From: an uncultured Gammaproteobacteria bacterium
GTDB taxonomy: Bacteria > Patescibacteriota > Patescibacteriia > UBA10025 > JAHIVO01
Assembly (NCBI GenBank): GCA_964415025.1
Contig: CAYPXF010000003.1
Span: 41,523-105,522 of the forward strand
DNA length: 64,000 nt
Direction of reading: 5' to 3'
The position numbers were made by a program, and so were the translations under genes. Under the pieces are notes generated by a model that was given only the letters and a program-made list of their open reading frames with translations, ran no database searches and was not told the DNA's origin. How positions within the stretch are numbered: position 1 is the first letter of the stretch; each line of letters opens with the position of its first letter. This document shows, in pieces, positions 48,680 through 58,550 of this stretch.

Positions 48680-49779
48680 GGGGCGTTGAAAAATTTTCCC
48701 TCGCCGGCAGGATTGTATCCGTTCTCCAGTTCATCACTATCTATAAACCCGTCACCATCAGTATCAACCATGTCCGAACGGGTGCCGAACAGTGGCTCCC
48801 ACACATCGTAGAGTCCGTCCTTATCCTGGTCTCTGACCAGCTCTTCAGCCGGCAAACCGATCAAATATCCAAACAGGGGTAGATTGAGAAAATTTGTTTT
48901 TGTAAATAATGTCGTATTAAATTCGCTTAATGATTTACTGGATAACGGTTCTTCGATAGTAACCGTTTCGTCAAACATATTGATAACAGCCTGGAATTCG
49001 TATGCCCGTTTCTGTGTTGGTATGGATAGTTCTATACGCCGAAGGTATGCATCCTGCTTATCAATCCATAAATCTATAGTTGCTGCGCCAGCGGTAATAA
49101 ATAATTCATCCGATTCCAGCGGGAACCACGGTACATGCTGTACCAGCGCATCAGCACCTGCTCGTGTTAGCCGAACCTGATATCGATAACATAAGCTGCC
49201 GTCAAAAAGCTCATCGGGAAAACGCTCCATAAACATCACCAGCTCGGTCTGGGCCAGGGATTGTTTCAGTGAACCAATATCTCGGAACGCAGCGGCAATA
49301 TCAGTCTGCGGCGTATATGCATACCATGTATGAGCGACTGCGTCTATGTCCAGGAATGGTACGGCCGGCACTTCCTCAATACGAAAATACCCCTTTTCAT
49401 CAGTACTCTGTAATTCCATGTCAATCAAAAAACTCAAATTTTGGATTTGAATCTGATTGCTCCAGCGTCCCTGGCCTGTCATTTGTTCCTGCCAACCGCC
49501 GTCAAAGTATAATTCTGTATATAGCGAAAACGGCACGTTTTCAGTTTGTGACCTGACAGCTCCGGTAACGACATAGTGTGCCGTATTCACCTCGGCCATT
49601 GCTTGCAGCATAGTATCCAATACTTTTGTAGGGCGCTGCTCTACCACCGGTACGGTAATAACTTTATCAATAAACGGAAAATACAATCCCATGTAATAAA
49701 AAAGCGCACCACCAATCAAAAATATAATGACAATGCACAGTAATATGATGCTAACTATAATTCTCTGACTGCGTTCCAT
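48676..49779 (-). CDS. Membrane-anchored hypothetical protein with C-terminal Asp-rich calcium-binding-like repeats
   Basis: N-terminal TM segment; C-terminal DKDGLYD...DTDGDGFIDSDE. Confidence 0.35.
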   Translation of the reverse strand: MERSQRIIVSIILLCIVIIFLIGGALFYYMGLYFPFIDKVITVPVVEQRPTKVLDTMLQAMAEVNTAHYVVTGAVRSQTENVPFSLYTELYFDGGWQEQMTGQGRWSNQIQIQNLSFLIDMELQSTDEKGYFRIEEVPAVPFLDIDAVAHTWYAYTPQTDIAAAFRDIGSLKQSLAQTELVMFMERFPDELFDGSLCYRYQVRLTRAGADALVQHVPWFPLESDELFITAGAATIDLWIDKQDAYLRRIELSIPTQKRAYEFQAVINMFDETVTIEEPLSSKSLSEFNTTLFTKTNFLNLPLFGYLIGLPAEELVRDQDKDGLYDVWEPLFGTRSDMVDTDGDGFIDSDELENGYNPAGEGKFFNAP

Positions 49780-49903
49780 AATATGATTATACCAGTTTTT
49801 AGGCTATAAAACAAGGGATTAGCTAATAATTGACATCGCTCATTAGACTGTGTTAGCATGTAATAATACTTTTTTTGTACCGTCACATACATGAGGAGGG
49901 ATC

Positions 49904-50434
49904 ATGCGTAAATGTTTAGTACGTTTGTTTTTTACCATCATTATTGTACTGGCAGGGTTGTTAGGTTGTAGCCGTGCAGAACCGGATAGTACGGTTGCTA
50001 TTAAACAGAAAAAGACGTTTAGCTTCACCATGCCAGCGCGGTACATGATGCACGCGCAGTATGTTATCCTCGATACGATTCATCTGGAACATGAAACATA
50101 TTATGTTTCTGTATACGAAAATGAGTTGAAGAGTGATAAATTTTCCTGGCAATGCGTGGCCGGCTATATTATCATAATCCGTTATACCGGAGAGGACCGC
50201 CGTGAGCTAACGCCCGGTAAAATAGTATCTGCATACAGCGACCATGACATACTAACCAGCGTCGTCGACACGACTACATACAGCTATATCGATGCTACAG
50301 AAGTTCTATTGCACTGCTGGATCCAGCCGCACCGCGAGCCAAACTATCCGCCTGTGCGCACATACATACAGCACCAAAAAGAGGAAATTGCGGATATTAT
50401 TTCGCACGACATCATTACCGCCGAAGCTCCATGA
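49904..50434 (+). CDS. Lipoprotein (176 aa)
   Basis: Lipobox LLGCSRA; preceded by a TTGACA-containing promoter-like region (49831-49860). Confidence 0.4.
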   Translation: MRKCLVRLFFTIIIVLAGLLGCSRAEPDSTVAIKQKKTFSFTMPARYMMHAQYVILDTIHLEHETYYVSVYENELKSDKFSWQCVAGYIIIIRYTGEDRRELTPGKIVSAYSDHDILTSVVDTTTYSYIDATEVLLHCWIQPHREPNYPPVRTYIQHQKEEIADIISHDIITAEAP

Positions 50435-50451
50435 GCTTCGGTTCTTTTTTT
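50421..50451 (+). terminator. Intrinsic terminator overlapping the stop codon
   Basis: 9 bp stem CCGAAGCTC/GAGCTTCGG, 3 nt loop, T-run. Confidence 0.65.
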
Positions 50452-50454
50452 ATT

Positions 50455-50485
50455 AAAAAAACTCCCGTTAGTAGTAACGGGAGTT
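50455..50485 (-). terminator. Intrinsic terminator for the convergent minus-strand lipoprotein gene
   Basis: 9 bp stem ACTCCCGTT/AACGGGAGT preceded by AAAAAA (U-run on the - strand). Confidence 0.6.
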
Positions 50486-50499
50486 GTGCTATAAATGTA

Positions 50500-52116
50500 C
50501 TATTTGATCATAATACGCGTACTGGTAACCCGGGCTGGATGACGTAATCTTGGCTCGATTACCAAGCAGTATAAAATATACTCATCAGACGGAACATTAC
50601 GCAGGTCAGCTTCTAGAGTGAAGACAGGCTTGTTGCTAGTCCGCTCAAAACCGATGACTATATCTGTCTTCTCCAAAAACTTAAGTACCGGAAATGCATG
50701 GTCACTCATCTGGGACCAGAATACTGAATCAATTGTGACGCTTGTCCGGCCGACTCGCTTACGGGCCTGAACTGGAGAGAGATACCATACAACCAGCGAT
50801 GAATCATCTTCTGGTAAACCGTAATTTGTCACCAATGCTTTTAATGAATCAGTATGCCGAAATGATCTGAACGGTAAAGCAGTATAGTCTGTTTCATTAA
50901 TAATTAATTGATTTTGCTTTCCGGTGCGGCGGTCGTAATACATGACAATATCGCTTATTCCATTTTTAACATTATGACCTGGTACTTCCAGGTCAATACT
51001 GTAAATTGTCTTATTGTCAGTGCCGGTTTCCTGCGGCGTCACTGCGATCTGCCAGGTACCTGGTTTTACTGTCGTACGTAACGCAGCGAAGTAATAACTA
51101 CCTTTCGGGCACTGGCGTTGGGGTATGCGAATCGTTTCTGTAGCACTGCTACCCTTGATGGAATAAGGCGGCAGCGTACTGCGTACAACCTGTTCAATAC
51201 GAAAATTAATACTACCATTAGTATCAGCACCGAATTGATCTAGCGGCACAGCTACTGTCGACCATACTTCGTATGTATTACGCCCTACCTTGCGCTGGAA
51301 TATTTGCATGGCCATATTCAGATCTTTTTCCGCTTCTGGCAATGCCTCATACAGTGGTGGTTGTTCCCGATTGCTGACCTGGCGGTGAAATGATTTTATG
51401 GCGCGATGCTGACGGGTCTGCATTTCATCAGGTGAATACCGAGCGTAGCCGGCTGGATCGTCTTTGTCAATCCAAGCCACCACTTGGTCAAAATACCCGA
51501 GGGCTTCATTGCCCTGGAGCTGGATATAGGTACTGCGGCGGGGATATGACATCTGGCAATGAATACATTTCTTCCACTGTTTTAATTCCCCACTACTGGA
51601 GACACACGGACCTTCATATTCCCTAGAATAGAATAATCCTTGTACGCCCAACTGAATGGCAACATAGGCGCGCCGGTCATTTGTTTCCCACCACTTTCCG
51701 GCAAACTGGTCGCACCATTTAATCCTTTTCTGTAAATCCCGATACCACTCATTTTCCGGAGTGTCAGGATTATTTCTGGTATCCATATACTGTATATATG
51801 CCTGGATGATAGAGTCAATCTCATCCCATTCGGTAAGTATGTCTTTATCACTGATCTGACCATAAATGCTCTTCCCATGAGCATCATTGGCCGAGGTCCG
51901 TAATATACGGAATACCTGGATTAGTTTTTCACGGCGTATCAGCTCACGTTCAGCATCAGTTGTATCGCGCTCGGCAATCCATGCCTTTTTTGCACGTTCA
52001 GACAGTGTTCTCGCCCCTTGCTTGCTGCCGGCACAAGCGCTGATAGATACGATCAACAGCACAATAATTACGGCAATCAGTTTCCACATGGAAAACCTCC
52101 TTGTATATTTTGTCAA
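50500..52116 (-). CDS. Large lipoprotein (538 aa), function unknown
   Basis: Signal plus lipobox (SISACAG); no recognisable catalytic motifs. Confidence 0.45.
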   Translation of the reverse strand: MTKYTRRFSMWKLIAVIIVLLIVSISACAGSKQGARTLSERAKKAWIAERDTTDAERELIRREKLIQVFRILRTSANDAHGKSIYGQISDKDILTEWDEIDSIIQAYIQYMDTRNNPDTPENEWYRDLQKRIKWCDQFAGKWWETNDRRAYVAIQLGVQGLFYSREYEGPCVSSSGELKQWKKCIHCQMSYPRRSTYIQLQGNEALGYFDQVVAWIDKDDPAGYARYSPDEMQTRQHRAIKSFHRQVSNREQPPLYEALPEAEKDLNMAMQIFQRKVGRNTYEVWSTVAVPLDQFGADTNGSINFRIEQVVRSTLPPYSIKGSSATETIRIPQRQCPKGSYYFAALRTTVKPGTWQIAVTPQETGTDNKTIYSIDLEVPGHNVKNGISDIVMYYDRRTGKQNQLIINETDYTALPFRSFRHTDSLKALVTNYGLPEDDSSLVVWYLSPVQARKRVGRTSVTIDSVFWSQMSDHAFPVLKFLEKTDIVIGFERTSNKPVFTLEADLRNVPSDEYILYCLVIEPRLRHPARVTSTRIMIK

Positions 52117-52229
52117 CGTTCATTTTTACAATTTAATAGAGCCTTTCAGCTTACCTAAAATATCCATTATTGTCAAACAAAAATACCCTCGCAGATGAGG
52201 GTATTTTTGGCATACCAACTACTGAAATA

Positions 52230-52463
52230 CTACTGGGCTAAATACGATGTTCCGTCAATGCTAAAGCATTGTGTCACCCATTTGGCACATTCGTTTGTTT
52301 CTGCATCACCATTATTTACAAATTCAATGCATACTTCATGGCAATCATCGAGTCCTTCCTGATTTGCCATAGCACGGGCATCTGCATCATACGCATAAAA
52401 CCCAAGAATGCCGGCACTGACTATAATGGCGGCCAACATGCTAATTATAAATTTTTTTGTCAT
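52230..52463 (-). CDS. Small secreted protein (77 aa, 4 Cys)
   Basis: Signal-like N-terminus; CHEVCIEF...CAKWVTQC. Confidence 0.35.
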   Translation of the reverse strand: MTKKFIISMLAAIIVSAGILGFYAYDADARAMANQEGLDDCHEVCIEFVNNGDAETNECAKWVTQCFSIDGTSYLAQ

Positions 52464-52910
52464 AGTATTGTCCTTGATTAAAGATTAGCAATATACGACC
52501 TTTATACCCTCTCTTTTATTTAGACTATCATGACTGCCTTTTTACGGCAAATCTGCTTATCCACAGTAAATTTGTAATTGCCACGTATGCATTATTTTCC
52601 TAATTTTAAATCATAAATCATTGTACGGATAAAATTAATTAAATAATGTACTTTTCTGTATTTATCCGGATCTGAACAAGCTGCTGTGCAGTAAATGAAT
52701 ACTTACAATCCATTACTATAGCCAGCCGCTTAAAAGTCTGAGAATTAGTGTCTAAAGAATGGGGTCCTTGACACCTTACGTAATGCCCGAGGTGAATTGG
52801 CAAAGAAAGGTCTAAAGATTACAGCCAGTGCGCCGATGTTTAATACCGATGGCAAACTTATTGGCTACTATCTGGTAGCATACCCAGCCTAACAACGTTT
52901 TCATGGTCCT

Positions 52911-52943
52911 GTCCGTGTGTCTATTTCACACGGACTTTTTTTA
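52911..52943 (+). terminator. Orphan plus-strand intrinsic terminator with no annotated plus-strand gene upstream
   Basis: 9 bp stem GTCCGTGTG/CACACGGAC, 7 nt loop, T8. Confidence 0.65.
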
Positions 52944-53088
52944 TTGCTTACACTGAACCAACTTCAACAACTAATCTGCTGATTACAAAAAAGTAGTGCC
53001 TATAGACAATATAACTAATCAAACCCTAATACTTGAATGGCTCATATCTAATGTATCATTTGATTATTAATTAATTGGGATTTTCCGC

Positions 53089-53340
53089 TTATTCCATATG
53101 CACTTCCCGCAAATGCCACTCCAGTGCCTCGGGATTATAAAACAGTACAAACGTATTCCCCTGGCTCGAGCAGGCAAAACACCAGTGGTAATGATCCCCC
53201 ACCTTAGTCCGGTAAACCAGGTTTACCTTTTCAATACCATAACGCCGGCCAGAGGGGCGCAAAAAGGCCACTGGCTTTACGCATTTCCCATGAAAATCCG
53301 CAAATACGCGGATGAGCTCATCTATCTTTTCCACATGCAT
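53089..53340 (-). CDS. Hypothetical small protein (83 aa) with His/Cys cluster
   Basis: HYHWCFACS motif; no family recognised. Confidence 0.3.
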   Translation of the reverse strand: MHVEKIDELIRVFADFHGKCVKPVAFLRPSGRRYGIEKVNLVYRTKVGDHYHWCFACSSQGNTFVLFYNPEALEWHLREVHME

Positions 53341-53616
53341 ACCTTGCTATTATAACCGAAGAATAACCGAAGGTCAAGCCTCTCGTAACTTTTGCCCTGA
53401 ACAAATAAGGAGATTCTGATTATGCCCAAATAAAAAACAGAACAGTCTTGCTACTCCGTTATGTGCGTTTTCAGTGTGTCTTTTTGACAGAAAAGTACAA
53501 GGGCTACGATAAAACCAGTACCACCGCCAACAATCGGTCCTCCCCAGCCAATATCATTATGCAGTGAGCCACTGCTACCACGTCTGAATCAGTATGTCAA
53601 CTATCTCCTGATATTA

Positions 53617-54087
53617 TTAGTAATGGTATTGTTTGCCCTGCTGTATGGTGCCCGCCCGATACAGCTGTTCGAGCAAAATCACTCTCACCATCTCATGGGT
53701 AAACGTCATCTTCGAAAAAGAAACCAACTGGTTGGCGCGGCGCAGCAGTTCAGGTAATAATCCGAGCGGTCCACCGATAATAAACGCGATCTCGCTACCA
53801 AACTTAGACCACTGCTCAAGCTTTTCCGCCCACTCCGGAGAAGTCATCTGTGCTCCGGCCCGATCCAGCGCTAAAATTATTGATCCGTCCGGAATATGTT
53901 TCTTAATCCGTTCGCCTTCTAGCTCTAATATTTTCTGGCGATCAGTCACTTTTTTAATTGGTTCCTGATCTACCTCCACGAGCTTCACCTTAGCATACGG
54001 GTCTAGACGCTTAATATACTCGTCAGCCGCCTGCCGCCAGTGGCGCTCTTTGAGCGAACCTACTGAAATAATGGTTACTTTGAACAT
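53617..54087 (-). CDS. rlmH: 23S rRNA (pseudouridine1915-N3)-methyltransferase RlmH (SPOUT)
   Basis: 156 aa; IIGGPLGL and SKMTFTHEMVRVILLEQLYRA C-terminal signature. Confidence 0.75.
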   Translation of the reverse strand: MFKVTIISVGSLKERHWRQAADEYIKRLDPYAKVKLVEVDQEPIKKVTDRQKILELEGERIKKHIPDGSIILALDRAGAQMTSPEWAEKLEQWSKFGSEIAFIIGGPLGLLPELLRRANQLVSFSKMTFTHEMVRVILLEQLYRAGTIQQGKQYHY

Positions 54088-54440
54088 ATAATCAATCCTT
54101 ATACTGTTATTATAATACAGTATGAAAAAACTTCAAACATATGTTTGAAGTTTTTGGTATACCACTTTATCGCAGATAGCCGATGAGACCAAAGGCAGGC
54201 ACCGTAACGCCGGTTAGTGTTACAGTTATCTCAACAGCAAGCGCGATAATTCGCAGTGGTCTGGTGATCCTTTTCTTTTTGGCAGAACGTGAAACGCCAT
54301 TTGAGTTTCGCCGGAGCGAAATAATAACGAGCGAACCGCCGAAAAGGACCATGAATTTATATACTCCAAAAAATGTCAAGCAAGTATTGGCCTGCTGACA
54401 AAAGTAAGTATTTAAATTTTATCAATTAAAAAATTGTTTG

Positions 54441-56144
54441 CTACCAACTTCCGCCGCCGCCGCCGCCAAAGCCGCCGCCGGAAAATCCCCCACCGCTGCT
54501 AAATCCAGAACCACCACTGCCGCCTGGACGGCTGGCCATGACTTTACCCATGCTGGCATTCATAGAGCCAAGTGACGAAGCCAGGTAGAGCGCGCCAAAT
54601 GATGTCGGATGCCCTTCATACCATTCTGGGGGAGTCACATACATATCCCCAAACTGATCTGCCCATTCTTTTTCTACGCCCAGAACCATGGCATACGGTA
54701 AATATTCTTCAAATTGCTTGGGCGAACGTTCTGGCGCATTATGAAATTTAAGCCGTTCTTTTTCGGTAACTGACAAAAATAGTTTAAAGCCTTCGATGTG
54801 CTCGTGTATTTCGGCACCGCGTTTTGTTTTCCGGGGCATAAACCGGGAAAAAATCAGTGCCACACCACCGCTTAGCATAATCGCCACCCCGGCAACAATA
54901 TTTGAAAAAGCAAACAGCACTATGGCGCCGAGGATGACAATCGGTGCGGTAAACAAACCGTACCGCTGCCGTACCTTTTCTGGATTTGTCGGGAAATATT
55001 CATCAGCTACGACCTGTTCGTACATGGCTTTTTTAATATCCTTAAGATGGATATAAAACTTATTTTTCATGCGGGAGACTGTTTTGGTATCACCCGTATC
55101 AAAAACTGTTTTTAGTATTTCCTGTTCGTGTTTGCCCAGTGTATCATCAGCTTCCTTAATTTTTATAAGTTCATAATCACGGGTTTTTCCTAATAATTTT
55201 TTCCGGTCAATCTCCTTGATCTTCAGATAACCTTTGATTGCCAACTGAATAATCGTTGCGGATATATCATTAAGATCGACTTTTTCATCCACAACAGTAC
55301 CCATTTCACCGGCAGTCATATCGCGTGGCGGCTTATATCGCGGGATAATTGTCCCCCGTCCCTCTGGATCACGGCCGTGGGTAAACCAGATATAGAACAT
55401 GCCAATAATCACGATAAAGGGTATGGCGATGGGCCAGTTATCAGCCAGCCACCAGCGCACTTGCTGCCATGTGCTTGGCCGAGTCACGACACCCTTTGGC
55501 ATACCGAGCACAAAACTCATCCCCTCATATGAGTCCAGCTGTCGATCAGCATATATCGCGATAATGCCGTCACTGCCGATCTGCCAATTACAATACTGAT
55601 TAGTAGAACCGAATATGCCGGTATAGCATGCCACTCGCAGGTCCTGCTTGTCGATTACCCCGGATAAGGATACCGTGGCCAAGGCGTTATGGATCGGCAC
55701 ATCCCATTCAGTACCGGTTACATTCCAGTACAATTCATCATGATCGTCGAAATAATTGATAGCTCGCTGGATAGTATAGGTGATAACATACGTGTGGGTA
55801 CCGCTGACATAAATATCTGCATCGCCAATTTTAATTTCCAGTTCACCGCCCCACTTGGTCGTACTGTAGGGTTGAGTCGCGCCATCCTCATCAGTTACTG
55901 ACTGCACCTGGATCCGGACATTGTATTTCGCTCCATCACGGATGTAGCTATAGGGAATACTACGGTAAATACCGTGCCGTTGCTGATTGCCAAAACTGTA
56001 TTCTATGGTTTCTGTCACGCTGACGGTGCTATCCTGCTGAACAGTAATATCGGATTGCCAACTGGTGATTGATTCAGCATGAACGGCCGTGGCAAATAAA
56101 AAACCGCCCAGTAAAACCAGTGCAGTGATAATGACTTTTTTCAT
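54441..56144 (-). CDS. DUF2207-like membrane protein with C-terminal Gly-rich tail
   Basis: Signal peptide, extracytoplasmic domain, 2 TM segments, C-terminal GGSGGSGFSSGGGFSGGGFGGGGGG. Confidence 0.6.
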   Translation of the reverse strand: MKKVIITALVLLGGFLFATAVHAESITSWQSDITVQQDSTVSVTETIEYSFGNQQRHGIYRSIPYSYIRDGAKYNVRIQVQSVTDEDGATQPYSTTKWGGELEIKIGDADIYVSGTHTYVITYTIQRAINYFDDHDELYWNVTGTEWDVPIHNALATVSLSGVIDKQDLRVACYTGIFGSTNQYCNWQIGSDGIIAIYADRQLDSYEGMSFVLGMPKGVVTRPSTWQQVRWWLADNWPIAIPFIVIIGMFYIWFTHGRDPEGRGTIIPRYKPPRDMTAGEMGTVVDEKVDLNDISATIIQLAIKGYLKIKEIDRKKLLGKTRDYELIKIKEADDTLGKHEQEILKTVFDTGDTKTVSRMKNKFYIHLKDIKKAMYEQVVADEYFPTNPEKVRQRYGLFTAPIVILGAIVLFAFSNIVAGVAIMLSGGVALIFSRFMPRKTKRGAEIHEHIEGFKLFLSVTEKERLKFHNAPERSPKQFEEYLPYAMVLGVEKEWADQFGDMYVTPPEWYEGHPTSFGALYLASSLGSMNASMGKVMASRPGGSGGSGFSSGGGFSGGGFGGGGGGSW

Positions 56145-56238
56145 AAAAGCCTGTGCTCAATAATCTCATTTCCAGTATACCATAAAAGCACCATCTCGAA
56201 AATACGGATTATGATGAGACGCTATCCTTTGCCCATAC

Positions 56239-56421
56239 CTAAATAAAATCCTTTTCACCTAGCGTGGCGATGGCACGATGACAGTCATCACAGTAGACCG
56301 GCTCCTGTATCTGCTCCCCGCAGCCAGAGCAATAATTACGTACGTGCCGGATACCTAGATACCGTTTCATGTGCTGGAACTTCGCATCTTCCACGAGCTC
56401 TTGCTTTGTTTTTTTATTCAT
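56239..56421 (-). CDS. Small (60 aa) CxxC...CxxC zinc-finger-like protein
   Basis: CSGCGEQ...CDDCH; RBS AGGAGG upstream. Confidence 0.3.
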   Translation of the reverse strand: MNKKTKQELVEDAKFQHMKRYLGIRHVRNYCSGCGEQIQEPVYCDDCHRAIATLGEKDFI

Positions 56422-56775
56422 AGCCTCCTGGTATTAATACCAACGTGCTCGGCAGGACTCTATTCTGTTCTTCGTATACAGAGTCCTGGCTATTGCAGGA
56501 ATCCGGATCAAACAAGTGTACGAAGTAGCTCTGGAGCTATTCCCTAGTACCTTACTTGATACCAGCCCTGTCATGCGAAGCAGTCCCGCCGAACACGCTG
56601 CTAATAATAAAGGCGCAAAAAAACCAACACGTTTTTCATACTTTGTATTGGCTTTTGTTTTGTGTTTGGTTTTGTTTTCCGCCGATCCTGAAAACGTCCA
56701 AAACACTTGTTTAATTGTGCATTTATATAATACTGATGCACTATTTATTAGTCAATGTGGATAACTGCTTATCTG

Positions 56776-57441
56776 CTATTTCCATGTAAACGGGTTAAAC
56801 CTGGTGCTGTAATCATACGCGTCAGACTGTTCGGCATGTTTGAGGAATCCGACGATCCGGTATGTCACTGGCGTAAAAATAGTTTCCAGACCTACCTTGA
56901 AAATATAATTTGATATTATAATAGTCACTAATAATCCGAACGGCAATATCCCGCCAAAAGCGACGGTAACGAATAATACCGTATCAAGTCCCTGACCAAC
57001 TATAGTCGAACCAATAATCCGTGACCACAGATGTTTGCCGCCAGTCCATAGCTTCATTTTTGCTAAAATGTATGAATTAGAAAACTCGCCAAACAAATAA
57101 GCAACCAGTGAAGCAACTACAATACGCGGGGTAAGACCGAGAATAGCGTCATAGGCTGCCTGACTGTGCCAGTCTGTGGCAGCCGGCAATGCGCCGACGA
57201 TGATGAACACAAGTGACATCAGTAGAGCGCTGGCAAATCCGGTCCATATCACGCGGCGTGCCCGCCGGTACCCGTATACTTCTGTCAGTACATCGCCAAA
57301 AATATATACCAGCGGGAATAATAACGTCCCGCCGTCAAACGTGAACGGTCCGAACTGGACTATTTTTGTGGAGGCAACGTTTGAAATCAGCAGCACGGCT
57401 ACAAATACGCCAAGGATGATGTCAAAGTATTTGTATCTCAT
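56776..57441 (-). CDS. yhhQ: Queuosine-precursor transporter YhhQ (DUF165) family
   Basis: KYFDIILGVFVAVLLISNVASTKIV...FPLVYIFGDVLTEVYGY signature; start at MRYKYFD, overlapping the tagA-like stop (ATGA). Confidence 0.65.
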   Translation of the reverse strand: MRYKYFDIILGVFVAVLLISNVASTKIVQFGPFTFDGGTLLFPLVYIFGDVLTEVYGYRRARRVIWTGFASALLMSLVFIIVGALPAATDWHSQAAYDAILGLTPRIVVASLVAYLFGEFSNSYILAKMKLWTGGKHLWSRIIGSTIVGQGLDTVLFVTVAFGGILPFGLLVTIIISNYIFKVGLETIFTPVTYRIVGFLKHAEQSDAYDYSTRFNPFTWK

Positions 57442-58172
57442 GGTTTTCTGATCACAGCCAGCCAGCCAAATTTTATGACTGCAGTAATAATCCTGGGCAA
57501 CCGCCATGGCTGGCGCATGACCCGATACAGCCATTCGAGACCCATGGAGCGCATTGGCCGGGGCGCTCGCCGGACCTGGCCAGATATATAATCAAACGAG
57601 CCGCCGACTCCCATGGCGACGCGCACGGTTTTTAATTTCGGCAGATTACGGTAAATCCATTTTTCCTGCCTAACCTGGCCAAAAGCCACAAACAATATGT
57701 CTGGTTTTTTTCGATTAATCATCCTGACGATTTTTTTGTCTTTTATTGGCCGGTGCCAGCGCCGGTAACCTGTTTCCGCGCCTGCAATTTTGAGGGCTGG
57801 ATACTGTTTTACTAGCTCACGCGCTGCTTGTTCAGGAACATGGCGTTTGGAGCCGAGTAAAAATACTGATTTACCCTGTTCACTGGCCAGCCGGCAGATA
57901 TCCATAAGCAAATCCACGCCAGTAATTCGGGTAGCTAATTTTTTCCCTTGGCGCCGCGCGGCCAGGACTAGACCGAAACCGTCAGCCACAGACAGGTCAG
58001 CGTGATTTAAAATATGTCTGAATTCATCATCACGCCGCGCGGCTATGACAAACTCCGGATTGATGGTAACGATATAATGGCTGTTATCACTGTCAACAAA
58101 CGACTGTACGCGCTTCAGCGTTTCCGATTTACTAACGTTGTCGATTGTCACTCCTAGAATATTAAGTTTCAT
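57438..58172 (-). CDS. WecB/TagA/CpsF family (GT26) glycosyltransferase
   Basis: MKLNILGVTIDNVS...YIVTINPEF...ADLSVADGFGLV motifs. Confidence 0.7.
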   Translation of the reverse strand: MKLNILGVTIDNVSKSETLKRVQSFVDSDNSHYIVTINPEFVIAARRDDEFRHILNHADLSVADGFGLVLAARRQGKKLATRITGVDLLMDICRLASEQGKSVFLLGSKRHVPEQAARELVKQYPALKIAGAETGYRRWHRPIKDKKIVRMINRKKPDILFVAFGQVRQEKWIYRNLPKLKTVRVAMGVGGSFDYISGQVRRAPRPMRSMGLEWLYRVMRQPWRLPRIITAVIKFGWLAVIRKP

Positions 58173-58550
58173 ACGGTAAATGTGTCGTGATATATTTGTT
58201 GACTATTTTTGTGTTATACATGCGGGTGGGGGCCTCTTGTCCATGACCCGCTTTTGTTGTTATTTTGTTCTATACTTCTAGACTGAAAAATAATTTGACT
58301 TGCGGCTGGTATGTTTTTTATATTCAGCTACTGCCCCCAATTCAATAAAAGTAATATCGGCAACACAAATCATTTTTGTCTTTGTTTCCGTGGGCTTGGA
58401 CAGCACCGCGCCCTCATACCAATGCCGACCAAACAGCGTTCCGGCTTTGCCTGTAATTAATATGTAATTATGGCTGGCTCGGGTTATAAATCCATAGTTA
58501 GCGCAGTCATCTTCAACGTCAAATGGTGTAATTCGTTCTGTGCTATATCT

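Noticed and set aside
56434-56706. 90 aa minus-strand ORF downstream of yhhQ
   Set aside because: Low-complexity translation (K/T/A-rich) inside a GT-rich intergenic region with hairpins. More likely a UTR or ncRNA region than a protein gene; not annotated.
58201-58260. preQ1-I-like hairpin plus A-rich tail on the - strand upstream of tagA-yhhQ (GCGGGT...ACCCGC followed by ATGTATAACACAAAAAT)
   Set aside because: The loop is 18 nt rather than the 11-13 nt typical of preQ1-I, and the conserved loop residues cannot be aligned by eye. Left as something to test with Infernal, not annotated.
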